The notes beneath the pieces are model-generated. The model was given only the letters and a program-made list of their open reading frames with translations, searched no databases and was not told the DNA's origin. From the NCBI GenBank assembly GCA_018818885.1, contig JAHIRB010000040.1:32985-96984 (forward strand): a stretch of DNA of 64,000 nucleotides, written 5' to 3'. This stretch comes from Patescibacteria group bacterium (lineage in GTDB: Bacteria; Patescibacteriota; Patescibacteriia; Buchananbacterales; SURF-54). Positions 46,254 through 55,715 of the stretch are shown piece after piece. How positions within the stretch are numbered: position 1 is the first letter of the stretch; each line of letters opens with the position of its first letter. A program made the translations under genes and the position numbers.

Positions 46254-47330
46254 TTATTTGTTTACTTGTCTAAAACCTAAATACAAAATATTGGTTGCCT
46301 CTGGATCGATAATTAACTTAGCTGCTGGGCTACCAGTTGGTAATCTGTTTGCTGTCCAGTTTTCTCCTCCATCGTTAGACCAATAAAATGTTGCTGGCGT
46401 GCCATAATAGATCATTTGGCTATTTTTAGGATCAACCCCTACTGTACGGATATCTGCTCCAAGTGGTGGTGTAATTAAGTCTATCGCATTCCAAGTTTGT
46501 CCCCCATCATTAGTTTTTAGTATGCCATATCTGCTCAAAAGGATTAAACCATCTGGCTTACTTGGCACAAAAATCAAATCACGATACTCAAACGCTGCAG
46601 AAAATTTTTGCAGTTCTGCGTTGACATCAAACCAGCTTTCTCCCGAGTCAATTGTTTTAAATATACCTTTTCTAGTTGTGGCTACATATATTGTCCTGGA
46701 GTTACGTGGATCAATTAATATTTTTTCTACTTTATCATCAAGTCGTTTTATTGTCGTCCAGCTTAAACCTGAATCAAAACTTTTTAAAATTTCACCAGAC
46801 ACTGTTCCAGCATAAATTATCCCAATATTAAAGTTATCAATTGCTAAATACGTAATCCCAGTCTGTGGTCTTGAATCAGTGTAAACATCATCAAATGATC
46901 GAGTGCAATCTGTAGATTTATATATTTGATTACTATATGCAACGTAGATAGTACACTTATCATTTGGGTCAACAGCTAAAGAAGCAACAGTACCAGAAGT
47001 AAATTGTTTTGGCTGCATCCAGCTTTCTCCACTATCATAACTATAGTACATTCCTTCTCCTTCACTTAATAAATATAAGGCTTGGTTGTCTTGTGGATCA
47101 AAAATAATTTGCTTTATTGTCAGTTGACCCATATTACCAAAACCTAACGCAGAAACATACAAATTCTTGGCTAACCAAGTATTACCTGAATCAAATGATT
47201 TGTAGACTCCGGCTACTGGTGGGGGTGGTTGAGTGTTAAGATTTATACAGCCAGCTAAAAAAGCTGTGCTTAATAACAATGTGACTACAAAAAATATTTT
47301 TTTTGCTTTTATTGTGTTTTTAGCAGTCAT
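46254..47330 (-). CDS. BNR/Asp-box beta-propeller lipoprotein
   Basis: LAGC lipobox; repeated SxDxGxxW. Confidence 0.88.
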   Translation of the reverse strand: MTAKNTIKAKKIFFVVTLLLSTAFLAGCINLNTQPPPPVAGVYKSFDSGNTWLAKNLYVSALGFGNMGQLTIKQIIFDPQDNQALYLLSEGEGMYYSYDSGESWMQPKQFTSGTVASLAVDPNDKCTIYVAYSNQIYKSTDCTRSFDDVYTDSRPQTGITYLAIDNFNIGIIYAGTVSGEILKSFDSGLSWTTIKRLDDKVEKILIDPRNSRTIYVATTRKGIFKTIDSGESWFDVNAELQKFSAAFEYRDLIFVPSKPDGLILLSRYGILKTNDGGQTWNAIDLITPPLGADIRTVGVDPKNSQMIYYGTPATFYWSNDGGENWTANRLPTGSPAAKLIIDPEATNILYLGFRQVNK

Positions 47331-47333
47331 AAT

Positions 47334-48404
47334 TTATAAATTAATTAATAAATTTTCTATTGCTAGCTTTGGATTTAAATTCATTGTTAGATAATTTCTT
47401 GTAATGGCAATATTTTTCTGAATTTGCAGTAAACTGTCTTTAGAATTTTGTTTAGCTACTTTTTCTAGCTCAGACAAATTATATGAATTTTTAAGAAATT
47501 GCTCGCTTGATTTTTTTATCAAAATTAAATCACGTATTATCGAATTCCAGATGTTAAGCTTATAATCTAGTAGCTTACCTTGTTCAATAAAACCTATGCC
47601 AGTTGGTATAATGTGGCTAACTTCTTTAAACCTACTGGCTAAATTTATATTTTGGAGTTTTAAAAAACTTGTAACTTCATCTACATATTGTTGGTACATG
47701 CTTTCGTCTTCTGACATAGCCAATGCAATGCCTGGCCTTCCCAAACTCAAACTTGCAAGTTGACTAGCTTTTTTTCGTTCAATGCCTTTTTGATGTAAAT
47801 AACTGGTAATTTCTGATTTGGATACTGGCAAAAACTTTAAAGTCTGACAACGAGAAATTATTGTTTGTGGCAATTTTGTTGAATCAGAAGTCAATAATAT
47901 TAAAATGGTTTTTGGACTTGGTTCTTCCAAGGTTTTAAGTAGTGAGTTTGCTGCTTCTGTTGTCATTTTTTCTGCGTTTGTAATCACTGCGACTTTGTAT
48001 GAGTTTAAAAAAGAGCGTCTTGCTAATTTACTTTGCAATTCTCTAATTTGAGCAATACTGATATTTTTTTTATCTGATCCTGTCTTTTCGTTTTCTTCAA
48101 TTTTGACCCAATAGACATCTGGGTGAAGCCCCTTTTGGTATTGTGTGCAAGAAACACATTCATTGCAAGGAAAATTTTTGTGATCACTTTTATTTTGTTG
48201 ATGTTCAAAGCGACACAAAAGTGACGAAACAAAACATTCTGTAATCTTAGTTTTACCAATTGACTTTGGCCCAGAAAATAAATAAGCATGATTTAATTGG
48301 CCTTTAACAATTGAATGTTGCAAATACCACAAAATATTTTTGTGTCCAACAATAGGCCACTTAAATTCATCACTAAAATTAGCCTTCTTATCTATTTTTG
48401 GCAT
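47334..48404 (-). CDS. holB: DNA polymerase III delta' subunit
   Basis: HAYLFSGP, Zn Cys, HPD, AANSLLKTLEEP, TIISRC. Confidence 0.93.
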   Translation of the reverse strand: MPKIDKKANFSDEFKWPIVGHKNILWYLQHSIVKGQLNHAYLFSGPKSIGKTKITECFVSSLLCRFEHQQNKSDHKNFPCNECVSCTQYQKGLHPDVYWVKIEENEKTGSDKKNISIAQIRELQSKLARRSFLNSYKVAVITNAEKMTTEAANSLLKTLEEPSPKTILILLTSDSTKLPQTIISRCQTLKFLPVSKSEITSYLHQKGIERKKASQLASLSLGRPGIALAMSEDESMYQQYVDEVTSFLKLQNINLASRFKEVSHIIPTGIGFIEQGKLLDYKLNIWNSIIRDLILIKKSSEQFLKNSYNLSELEKVAKQNSKDSLLQIQKNIAITRNYLTMNLNPKLAIENLLINL

Positions 48405-48549
48405 ACACATATTTTACCATAAAACTTAATATTTGCAAGTATTCTAGGTCAATGACACAATAACTCTAAAACTCGTCAACTTCGTCCCTCGGCCAGCTCG
48501 AGACTTTGCAGTATTGTTCATGCCTCGTCACTCGCAAGCGACGATGCAC

Positions 48550-48575
48550 GTCACGTCGGTCGCGACCGACGTGAC
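48550..48575. repeat. Perfect 26-bp palindrome GTCACGTCGGTCGCGACCGACGTGAC
   Basis: Read directly. Confidence 0.95.
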
Positions 48576-48626
48576 ACGCAGCTTGAAAATCATAAGTGTG
48601 GGTGAAAAGAAATAATATAAAGAATT

Positions 48627-48652
48627 AAGCCCTCAGACACTGCCGAGGGCTT
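48627..48652 (-). terminator. Terminator-like hairpin after tRNA-like element
   Basis: AAGCCCTC...GAGGGCTT. Confidence 0.6.
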
Positions 48653-48666
48653 GCTTAGCAAAAATA

Positions 48667-48757
48667 TGGTGGGGGAGAATAGAGAGGTTCGAACTCTCGA
48701 GTTAATAATCGAGGAAGTGAGCACTCGCGTTTGGTTATATTTGAGACCATATCCCCC
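48667..48757 (-). ncRNA. Atypical tRNA-like RNA (91 nt, ends ACCA, possible CAC anticodon)
   Basis: GGGGGA/TCCCCC acceptor-like stem, T-arm GAGAG-TTCGAAC-CTCTC, TTGACA-16-TACAAT promoter, downstream hairpin. Confidence 0.55.
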
Positions 48758-48851
48758 ACCACGCTGTTTATTATTGTAGCTGATTGTAAAAAATTGTCAA
48801 ATCAATTTTTCCACATGTTTATATATACAGATTATAAGCTTATTATTAATT

Positions 48852-49406
48852 TTAATATTTATGAAGATACTCGCTTGTTTCTTTTGGTGCTTTATAATAT
48901 TTGATAAAACTTGAATATTTATATTGATCTGCACATTTTACCAAACCTGCACGGATCGGATTATCGTGAATGTAATCTAATTTTTGATCGAAATCTTTCT
49001 CGTTTCGAATAATATGATCGTAAAATGATTTTTGCCAAATTGGTTCTTCTCTTAATCTTGCGCGGATGACCCATGAAGGGTCATCTACGGGATGTAGAAA
49101 TTTTGTTTTTTCCGTAGCAGAACCTTCATGGTTCTGCGTCTTTATATATTGATATGCAAAATTTCCTTTAATTCTGTGCATGCAATCTGATATTTTCATC
49201 TTCTCGTCTGGTTGTATTAATAAATGGACATGGTCTGGCATTACGACATGTCCATATATTTTAAACTTGTATCTTTTTTGACACGCCAACAAAATTTTTA
49301 GAAACAACTCACAATATTGTTCATCGTTAAAAATTTTGACTCTATTGAATGTATTTGTTGTAATAAAGTATATTTGATTGTTTACGTATATTCTTTTTAA
49401 CGGCAT
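48852..49406 (-). CDS. REP-associated tyrosine transposase (RAYT, Y1 HUH)
   Basis: YFITT, MPDHVHLL, WQKSFYDHIIR, YIHDNP. Confidence 0.92.
   Translation of the reverse strand: MPLKRIYVNNQIYFITTNTFNRVKIFNDEQYCELFLKILLACQKRYKFKIYGHVVMPDHVHLLIQPDEKMKISDCMHRIKGNFAYQYIKTQNHEGSATEKTKFLHPVDDPSWVIRARLREEPIWQKSFYDHIIRNEKDFDQKLDYIHDNPIRAGLVKCADQYKYSSFIKYYKAPKETSEYLHKY
49065..49137. repeat. GTAG-REP doublet inside RAYT CDS
   Basis: GTAG-ATGACCC-ttcat-GGGTCAT (minus, 49065-49088) and GTAG-CAGAACC-ttcat-GGTTCTG (plus, 49114-49137). Confidence 0.85.
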
Positions 49407-49436
49407 ATAGTTATATCCATGCGCCGTTGTAAATGT

Positions 49437-50447
49437 TTATTTCATTGCTAGAATACTTCGCTTATAACTTTCTAGATTTTCTAAGGCTATGCCTGTGCCT
49501 TTAGCTACACATAACAGTGGTTCGTCTGCAACATATGTTGGCACCCCGGTTGCACGAGCAAGCAATTGATCAATATTACGCAGCTGGCTTGAACCACCTG
49601 TCATTATCATACCTTTATCAATTACATCTGCAGAAAGTTCTGGTGGCGTGTTGTGCAATACATCTTTACAAGCATTAATAATTCCTTCTAGTTCGTTTTG
49701 GATAGCTTCTGTGATGTCATCGGAACTTACAGTCACGGTTCTTGGCAAACCAGACACTACATCTCGGCCACGCACATCTTGATACATTTTTTCATCTAAA
49801 TATAATGCTGAACCAATATCTATTTTTATTTTTTCTGCAGTTCTCTCCCCTATCGCTAAACCATGCTTACGTCTGATGTATTCTGTAATTGCAGTATCAA
49901 ATTTATTTCCGCCAATCCTGACAGAAGTTGAGGCTACAATTCCGCCTAGCGAGATTACAGCCATTTCCGAAGTTCCGCCACCAATATCAATTACCATATG
50001 ACCCGATGGACTGCCGATTGGAATATCTGCTCCAATAGCAGCTACAATTGGTTCTTTGATTATGTAGGCTGCTTTGGCTCCAGCTGCAATAGTGGCGTCA
50101 ATGACTGCTCTTCTTTCTGTTGATGTAATACCTGCTGGCACTGCAACCATAACTTCTGGCCTAAATAAATGAACACCACCTAAAGCTTTGTTTACAAAAT
50201 ATCTAAGCATAGCTGCGGTAGTTTTGTAGTCTGCAATAACGCCGTCTTTAAGTGGACGAGAAGCAATAATGGTGTCTGGAGTTCTGCCAAGCATTTCTTT
50301 TGCCTCTACACCAACTGCTAGAATCTTTTTATCTATAATTGATATCGCGACAACAGAAGGTTCATTAATTACAATACCTCGCTTAGGTACGTAAACTAAG
50401 GTATTTGTTGTTCCAAGATCAATTCCAATTTTTTTAATGAATTTCAT
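49437..50447 (-). CDS. mreB: Rod shape-determining protein MreB/Mbl (second copy)
   Basis: IDLGTTNT, EPIVAAIGA, DIGGGTSE, TGGSS. Confidence 0.95.
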   Translation of the reverse strand: MKFIKKIGIDLGTTNTLVYVPKRGIVINEPSVVAISIIDKKILAVGVEAKEMLGRTPDTIIASRPLKDGVIADYKTTAAMLRYFVNKALGGVHLFRPEVMVAVPAGITSTERRAVIDATIAAGAKAAYIIKEPIVAAIGADIPIGSPSGHMVIDIGGGTSEMAVISLGGIVASTSVRIGGNKFDTAITEYIRRKHGLAIGERTAEKIKIDIGSALYLDEKMYQDVRGRDVVSGLPRTVTVSSDDITEAIQNELEGIINACKDVLHNTPPELSADVIDKGMIMTGGSSQLRNIDQLLARATGVPTYVADEPLLCVAKGTGIALENLESYKRSILAMK

Positions 50448-50477
50448 GTGTATTTAAGCAACTTTTGGCTCGCCTCG

Positions 50478-51317
50478 CTAGACACGAGTCAGAGCGGGTA
50501 AATTAACGCCAAGATATTTGGCAGAGTATTTAAAGGCATCTGAGATGTGAATTCGTGTTATTTTACTAAATATGCTCTTTATACCTGATTTTTCTGCAGA
50601 TAATCTTTGATGATAGTGCACCATTTCTGCTGTTGCTAAATAGTAGACTGCAAAACTATCTTGCCAGAAACGGCGGCACCAGTCAACATCTGAATAATAC
50701 ATAAAAAATCTTTCATCCATCAGACCGACTTTGTCAAACGCTCTTCTTTTTACCATCATTCCTGAACCCAATAGCCATTCGACTGGCTTATTTTGATCGT
50801 GATCCCAATCTTTCATTAAATATTTAGCCAAAATCTTTTTTGCTGCTGGAAGTTTTCCCAAAATTGTTCTACGTAGAATTGGAATATACCATTTTGGAAA
50901 TCGATATGCAGAAAGTTGTACGCTACCATCTGGATTAATTAATTTTGGTCCAACCATACCAACACTTTCATTTTCTTGTAAATAACTTATCATATTTTCT
51001 ATTGCACCTTTAAGTACGGTGATATCTGGATTAAGGATCAAGATGTTCTGGCCTTTTGCTTTTCGTATTCCCAAATTATTTCCTGCTGTATAACCAATAT
51101 TTTCTTTTGATTCGATCAATTCAACTGATCCTTTAAAATTTACGTCTTTATTTTCGATATAATTTGTTTTGATCATTTCAACACAGCTATCGTTTGATCC
51201 GTTATCAACAACGATGACCTCATAATCTAAATCTAAATTTAAAAGCTCAATTCCTTTGATGCATTGTTTGACTAAACCTTTGGTTTTATAATTTAAAATT
51301 ATGATCGATAAGTCCAT
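50478..51317 (-). CDS. Glycosyltransferase family 2
   Basis: IIILNY, VDNGSND, LNPD, DVDWC. Confidence 0.92.
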   Translation of the reverse strand: MDLSIIILNYKTKGLVKQCIKGIELLNLDLDYEVIVVDNGSNDSCVEMIKTNYIENKDVNFKGSVELIESKENIGYTAGNNLGIRKAKGQNILILNPDITVLKGAIENMISYLQENESVGMVGPKLINPDGSVQLSAYRFPKWYIPILRRTILGKLPAAKKILAKYLMKDWDHDQNKPVEWLLGSGMMVKRRAFDKVGLMDERFFMYYSDVDWCRRFWQDSFAVYYLATAEMVHYHQRLSAEKSGIKSIFSKITRIHISDAFKYSAKYLGVNLPALTRV

Positions 51318-51386
51318 ATGTACAATTGATAAGTAACAATGTGCAAGGTACAAATTTCTTTATTGTACATTGACACTTGTACCTTG

Positions 51387-52445
51387 CTATCTAAACCATT
51401 TTCTAATATCTTTTGCAGATACTTTTCGGTGTCCCATGATTACTCTTCTCTTAATTAAAGTTTTTGGTAGTTGTTTAAAAAATTTAATAATACTCTTAAT
51501 CTGGAAAGGTTCTAAAATTAAGGCATAACCAAACATTTTTAATTCGTACCATAATATATACAAGGAATGAACAAAAAGATTTTTGGGTATTGAATTTTTT
51601 ACCAGCATTAAATGATGATTCTTAAAAGAATAATATCGTAATACTTTTGGTAATTTTTTGTGATGAGAAGCAATGCCAACCGAACTGGATTTTTTAGAAC
51701 CACCTAAACGTCTGTGATGATACGCAACGGCAGTTGGCACATACCAGTTTTGCCAACCATATAAACGCATACGCCAGGCTAGATCAATGTCTTCCTTGTA
51801 AGCAAAGAAATCTTCATCAAAATATTCTTTTCTAATTACTACATCATTTAACGCTTCTCTACTAAACAATGTGCACGCCCCAGAAAGGCCAAAAACTTCT
51901 TCTGCTCTATCAAACTGTCCTTTATCAGTTTGGTACTCTCCTCTATTAATTACACGTCTAGTTTTAAAAATTTTAAGCCCAGCAGCATCAATTTTATCTG
52001 ATTTAACTAGCTCCTTTTGTCCTCCCTCTTTTTCTGCAGGATTCATTTCGCTGGTATAAAGTTTTAATAATTTTCCGCCAAAACTTCCGCCTTGAGGCTT
52101 ATTTTGTGCAAAATAGACAATTTCGGACAAAAAATCTTCTGTTAACACTACATCATCGTTCATAGCTAAAATATATGGGCTTTTAGAAAGTTTGATTCCT
52201 TGATTGTATGCTTTAGCAAAACCAAGATTTTTAAAATTTTGCAAAACAAATACTGTTGGATAATGTGTACGTATAAATTCTACTGTACCATCATCAGAAC
52301 CATTATCAATAACAATAACCGAAAAATCTCTATAACTTTGATGCACTAGCGATTCAAAACTATCAAAAAGATATCTCATTGAATTCCAAGTGACAATAAC
52401 AACTGCAACTTTTGGAACATTTTCAAATTGTGTTGTAGTTTCCAT
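51387..52445 (-). CDS. Glycosyltransferase family 2
   Basis: VIVTWN, DNGSDDG, MNDD, EDIDLAWR. Confidence 0.92.
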   Translation of the reverse strand: METTTQFENVPKVAVVIVTWNSMRYLFDSFESLVHQSYRDFSVIVIDNGSDDGTVEFIRTHYPTVFVLQNFKNLGFAKAYNQGIKLSKSPYILAMNDDVVLTEDFLSEIVYFAQNKPQGGSFGGKLLKLYTSEMNPAEKEGGQKELVKSDKIDAAGLKIFKTRRVINRGEYQTDKGQFDRAEEVFGLSGACTLFSREALNDVVIRKEYFDEDFFAYKEDIDLAWRMRLYGWQNWYVPTAVAYHHRRLGGSKKSSSVGIASHHKKLPKVLRYYSFKNHHLMLVKNSIPKNLFVHSLYILWYELKMFGYALILEPFQIKSIIKFFKQLPKTLIKRRVIMGHRKVSAKDIRKWFR

Positions 52446-52448
52446 ATT

Positions 52449-53942
52449 TTAATTTTTCTTTTCACTTACCCAAAAGCCTAAGCGAAACTTACCACCAAGC
52501 ATAAGACGAGTCTGTGCATCAGTAGCTGGGACTGAACCAAACAATATTAAGGTAAAAGGCACCATCAACCATTGCAATATCATGACCAAATAACTTCTCA
52601 ACGGAAGATGTTTTGGTTTTGATGGTAACATCAAGGTATAAACAACTGCTGTTACAATTAATCCTGTCATGGCTAAAGTCATAAGCGAAGCAAGCATATT
52701 AGGAGCGTTTTGAAACGATGCTGTGGCCTTGTCGTTTTCTGTTGCCAACCATAGAGGCAAACGTCCTACCATCAAAATAATTAGCGGGGCTGTTGCCCAC
52801 GAATATACTCCTTCTGTTTGATTCCATAAATAATACATCTTCTTTAAAAATGGTATTTTTTTGTTACCGTTCTTCCCCCAAAAATGCCATACCATCCATG
52901 GGAAATGCTCAACTCCCCATGCCCATCGACGCATTTGTTTATATTGATTAACTATACTCTTTTTAAACTGTCCCACATCCACCGTATTCATAAAAAGTGG
53001 GATATATAATGGAGTAACCTCGTAATTTCCATCATAGTGAACTAAACATTGCAAAAATATTCGTGAATCTTCTGTTACAATTGTCTTATCCCAAAAACCA
53101 ATATCCACCAAGGCCTTAAAACTCATGCTGTGAGAAGAAAAAGTAAACAAACGCTCACTTCGCGAAAGATCAGTTAATAACCAAAAGGTTGTTGAAGAGG
53201 CTACCACTCTAACAATTGGGTTTGATTGCCAAATATTGTTATTATAGATTGCCACAGGTTGAAAACTGGTCTTAGTAGGATCTTTATGATTTAAATAGTT
53301 GTATGTCAGATAGGCAAAATATTGTTCGTGCGGACGCGTGTCGACATCAAAGGAAGAAACAATTACTTTTTCGTATGGTAATACTAATTCGTCGATATAC
53401 TTCTTTGCTTGTTTACCAGCATAATGTATATTTGATCCTTTCCCTGGTAGTTCGTCTTCTGCAACTTCGTGCAAAGTTATTAATAATTTTGAAATTTTAT
53501 CTTGATACTTATTTTTTATTTTTTCTGAAATTTCTAAAAAGTTTTTTTTGTCTCGTTTCTCTCCGGCTAAGACTATAATAATTTTTTTAAGATCGTATTT
53601 TGAATTACATATACTAGCAAAGGTGTGATCAACAACATCGAGTGGCTCCTGATATGTTGGTAAAAAAATTAAATGATGATAATCTTGCCAATTCTTTTCG
53701 TTATAATTTTGTAATTTGTGCCACCAATCAACTTTTAGATCTTTTTTGTGCCTAAACCAAGAGGTCAACATATATATCATCATATATAAAATTCTAAGTA
53801 ACCAATATAAATCAAAGGCAATAATAAAATAAATTGCCCAGAGAGGTTTAATAAATGAGAGTGTAAACGCTCCAATAAATGTAGCCCAGACAAGAAAGCC
53901 TGGTATTATTTCTAGTATTCTATACTTAATTGTATCGTTCAT
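52449..53942 (-). CDS. Processive-type membrane GT2 (cellulose-synthase-like)
   Basis: DVD, TED and QMRRW (D,D,D,QxxRW) with flanking TMs. Confidence 0.85.
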   Translation of the reverse strand: MNDTIKYRILEIIPGFLVWATFIGAFTLSFIKPLWAIYFIIAFDLYWLLRILYMMIYMLTSWFRHKKDLKVDWWHKLQNYNEKNWQDYHHLIFLPTYQEPLDVVDHTFASICNSKYDLKKIIIVLAGEKRDKKNFLEISEKIKNKYQDKISKLLITLHEVAEDELPGKGSNIHYAGKQAKKYIDELVLPYEKVIVSSFDVDTRPHEQYFAYLTYNYLNHKDPTKTSFQPVAIYNNNIWQSNPIVRVVASSTTFWLLTDLSRSERLFTFSSHSMSFKALVDIGFWDKTIVTEDSRIFLQCLVHYDGNYEVTPLYIPLFMNTVDVGQFKKSIVNQYKQMRRWAWGVEHFPWMVWHFWGKNGNKKIPFLKKMYYLWNQTEGVYSWATAPLIILMVGRLPLWLATENDKATASFQNAPNMLASLMTLAMTGLIVTAVVYTLMLPSKPKHLPLRSYLVMILQWLMVPFTLILFGSVPATDAQTRLMLGGKFRLGFWVSEKKN

Positions 53943-54039
53943 ATATGAATTTTTGACAAACTTATTTTATCAAGTAATGTTCAAATTAGCAAATTAAAAA
54001 ACAACGCACTGGCATTGCTTGTACACAAAATGTATTCAA

Positions 54040-55614
54040 TTAAATTAGGGGTTTGCCGGTCATATCTTTTGGCTGGCTGATACCCATAATTCTTAATATA
54101 GTTGGTGCAACATCAGAAAGCAATCCTGTTGTTTGTATGATACTCAAATCACGCCCAATAGCATCAGTACCAAATTCTGATGACTTACCTTTGTATTCAG
54201 ATCCAACAATTATTAAAGGTACTGGATTCGTGCTATGTTCTTTATCAATTTCTCCTGTTTGTAGATTAAGTAATTCTTCGGCATTACCGTGGTCTGCTGT
54301 TATTACAGCAACACCTCCAACTGAAAGTATTGTTTTTAATAATTTGCCTAAATTTGAATCTACACTTTCCACAGATTTAATAGTTGGATCCACAAGACCA
54401 GTATGTCCGACCATGTCTGCGTTAGCATAATTTAATACTACAAAATCATGCTTACCTGTTTTTAATGCTTCAATCAATTTTTCGGTAACTTCGGCAGCAC
54501 TCATTTCTGGTTTTTTGTCGTAAGTTGCAACAGAAGGCGAAGGAACCAAAATTCTTTCTTCTTTTTTGAACTCATCTTCTTTGCCGCCGTTAAAAAAGAA
54601 GGTAACATGAGCATATTTTTCTGTTTCTGCTATGTGCAGTTGTGCTAAACCTTTGTCTTGAATGATTTTTGATAGTGGCGATTGAATCGGTTCAGGAGGA
54701 AAAGCAACTTCAACAGGTAAATCCTTAGAATACTCCATCATTGTCGCAAAAAATAGCCCCTTTAAATACTGTAAACGTGAAAATTTTTCAAATCCAGGCA
54801 AAGTAAAAGCTGCTGTCATCTGTCTTGCGCGATCTGCTCTATAATTAAAAAATATTACTGCATCTTTTTCTTCTATCTTTGCACCGTCTGGCATAGCAGT
54901 GGGTATAAACTCCTCATCAAATACATTTTTTGAATATGAATCCTCAATTGCTTTAAGTGGATCACTGGCAGCGCTTTCTGCTTGTCTAGTAGTCATGACT
55001 GTATATGATTTTTCTATACGATCCCAATGATTATTTCTATCCATAGCATAATAACGCCCATGCAAAGATGCAATTTTTCCTACACCTATTTCTTGTATCT
55101 TAGCTTGGAGTTGTTTTATAAAATCTAAAGCCGCATCTTTTTTGGTGTCTCGCCCATCCAATATGGCATGAATATATACTTCGTTTATTTTATTTTGTTT
55201 ACACAGTTCCAGCAATGCATAAAGATGGTCTTGATGACTATGTACTCCTCCATTAGAAATCAATCCTAGTAGATGAAGTTTAGATTTATTTTTTCCAACG
55301 TGCTTTACAGCTTTTAATAAAACTTCATTTTTGAAAAAATTACCTTCTGATATTTCTTTATTAATTCTGGGTAAACTTTGATAGATAACTTTGCCTGAAC
55401 CTAAATTAAGATGGCCAACTTCGGAATTGCCCATCTCACCCCAACTTAAACCAACTGCTTCGCCAGACGCCTGCAGAGTCATGGTGGGATAAGTAGCAAT
55501 GAGCTGATCCATGACAGGCGTCTTTGCTAGACTAACACCATTACCTCCAGAAGGAGGTGCAATCCCCCATCCGTCTAGAATAATAAGTACTACTGGTTTT
55601 GGTTTTTTTGTCAT
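54040..55614 (-). CDS. gpmI: BPG-independent phosphoglycerate mutase (copy 1)
   Basis: ILDGWG, GNSEVGH, ETEKYAHVT, DMVGH, TADHGN. Confidence 0.96.
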   Translation of the reverse strand: MTKKPKPVVLIILDGWGIAPPSGGNGVSLAKTPVMDQLIATYPTMTLQASGEAVGLSWGEMGNSEVGHLNLGSGKVIYQSLPRINKEISEGNFFKNEVLLKAVKHVGKNKSKLHLLGLISNGGVHSHQDHLYALLELCKQNKINEVYIHAILDGRDTKKDAALDFIKQLQAKIQEIGVGKIASLHGRYYAMDRNNHWDRIEKSYTVMTTRQAESAASDPLKAIEDSYSKNVFDEEFIPTAMPDGAKIEEKDAVIFFNYRADRARQMTAAFTLPGFEKFSRLQYLKGLFFATMMEYSKDLPVEVAFPPEPIQSPLSKIIQDKGLAQLHIAETEKYAHVTFFFNGGKEDEFKKEERILVPSPSVATYDKKPEMSAAEVTEKLIEALKTGKHDFVVLNYANADMVGHTGLVDPTIKSVESVDSNLGKLLKTILSVGGVAVITADHGNAEELLNLQTGEIDKEHSTNPVPLIIVGSEYKGKSSEFGTDAIGRDLSIIQTTGLLSDVAPTILRIMGISQPKDMTGKPLI

Positions 55615-55615
55615 A

Positions 55616-55709
55616 CCCCGTAGTAGAAATTTGATTTATTAGAATATATCATATATATTATTACCCCATACAAATTTGACTTTATACCTATCAAATTTTC
55701 ACTACGGGG
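55616..55709. mobile_element. MITE-like element with ~20-bp imperfect terminal inverted repeats
   Basis: CCCCGTAGTAGAAATTTGAT...ATCAAATTTTCACTACGGGG. Confidence 0.7.
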
Positions 55710-55715
55710 CATATT

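Noticed and set aside
48667-48757. tRNA-Sec or tmRNA
   Set aside because: No CT-TCA-AA loop or long paired variable arm; far too short for tmRNA and no tag ORF
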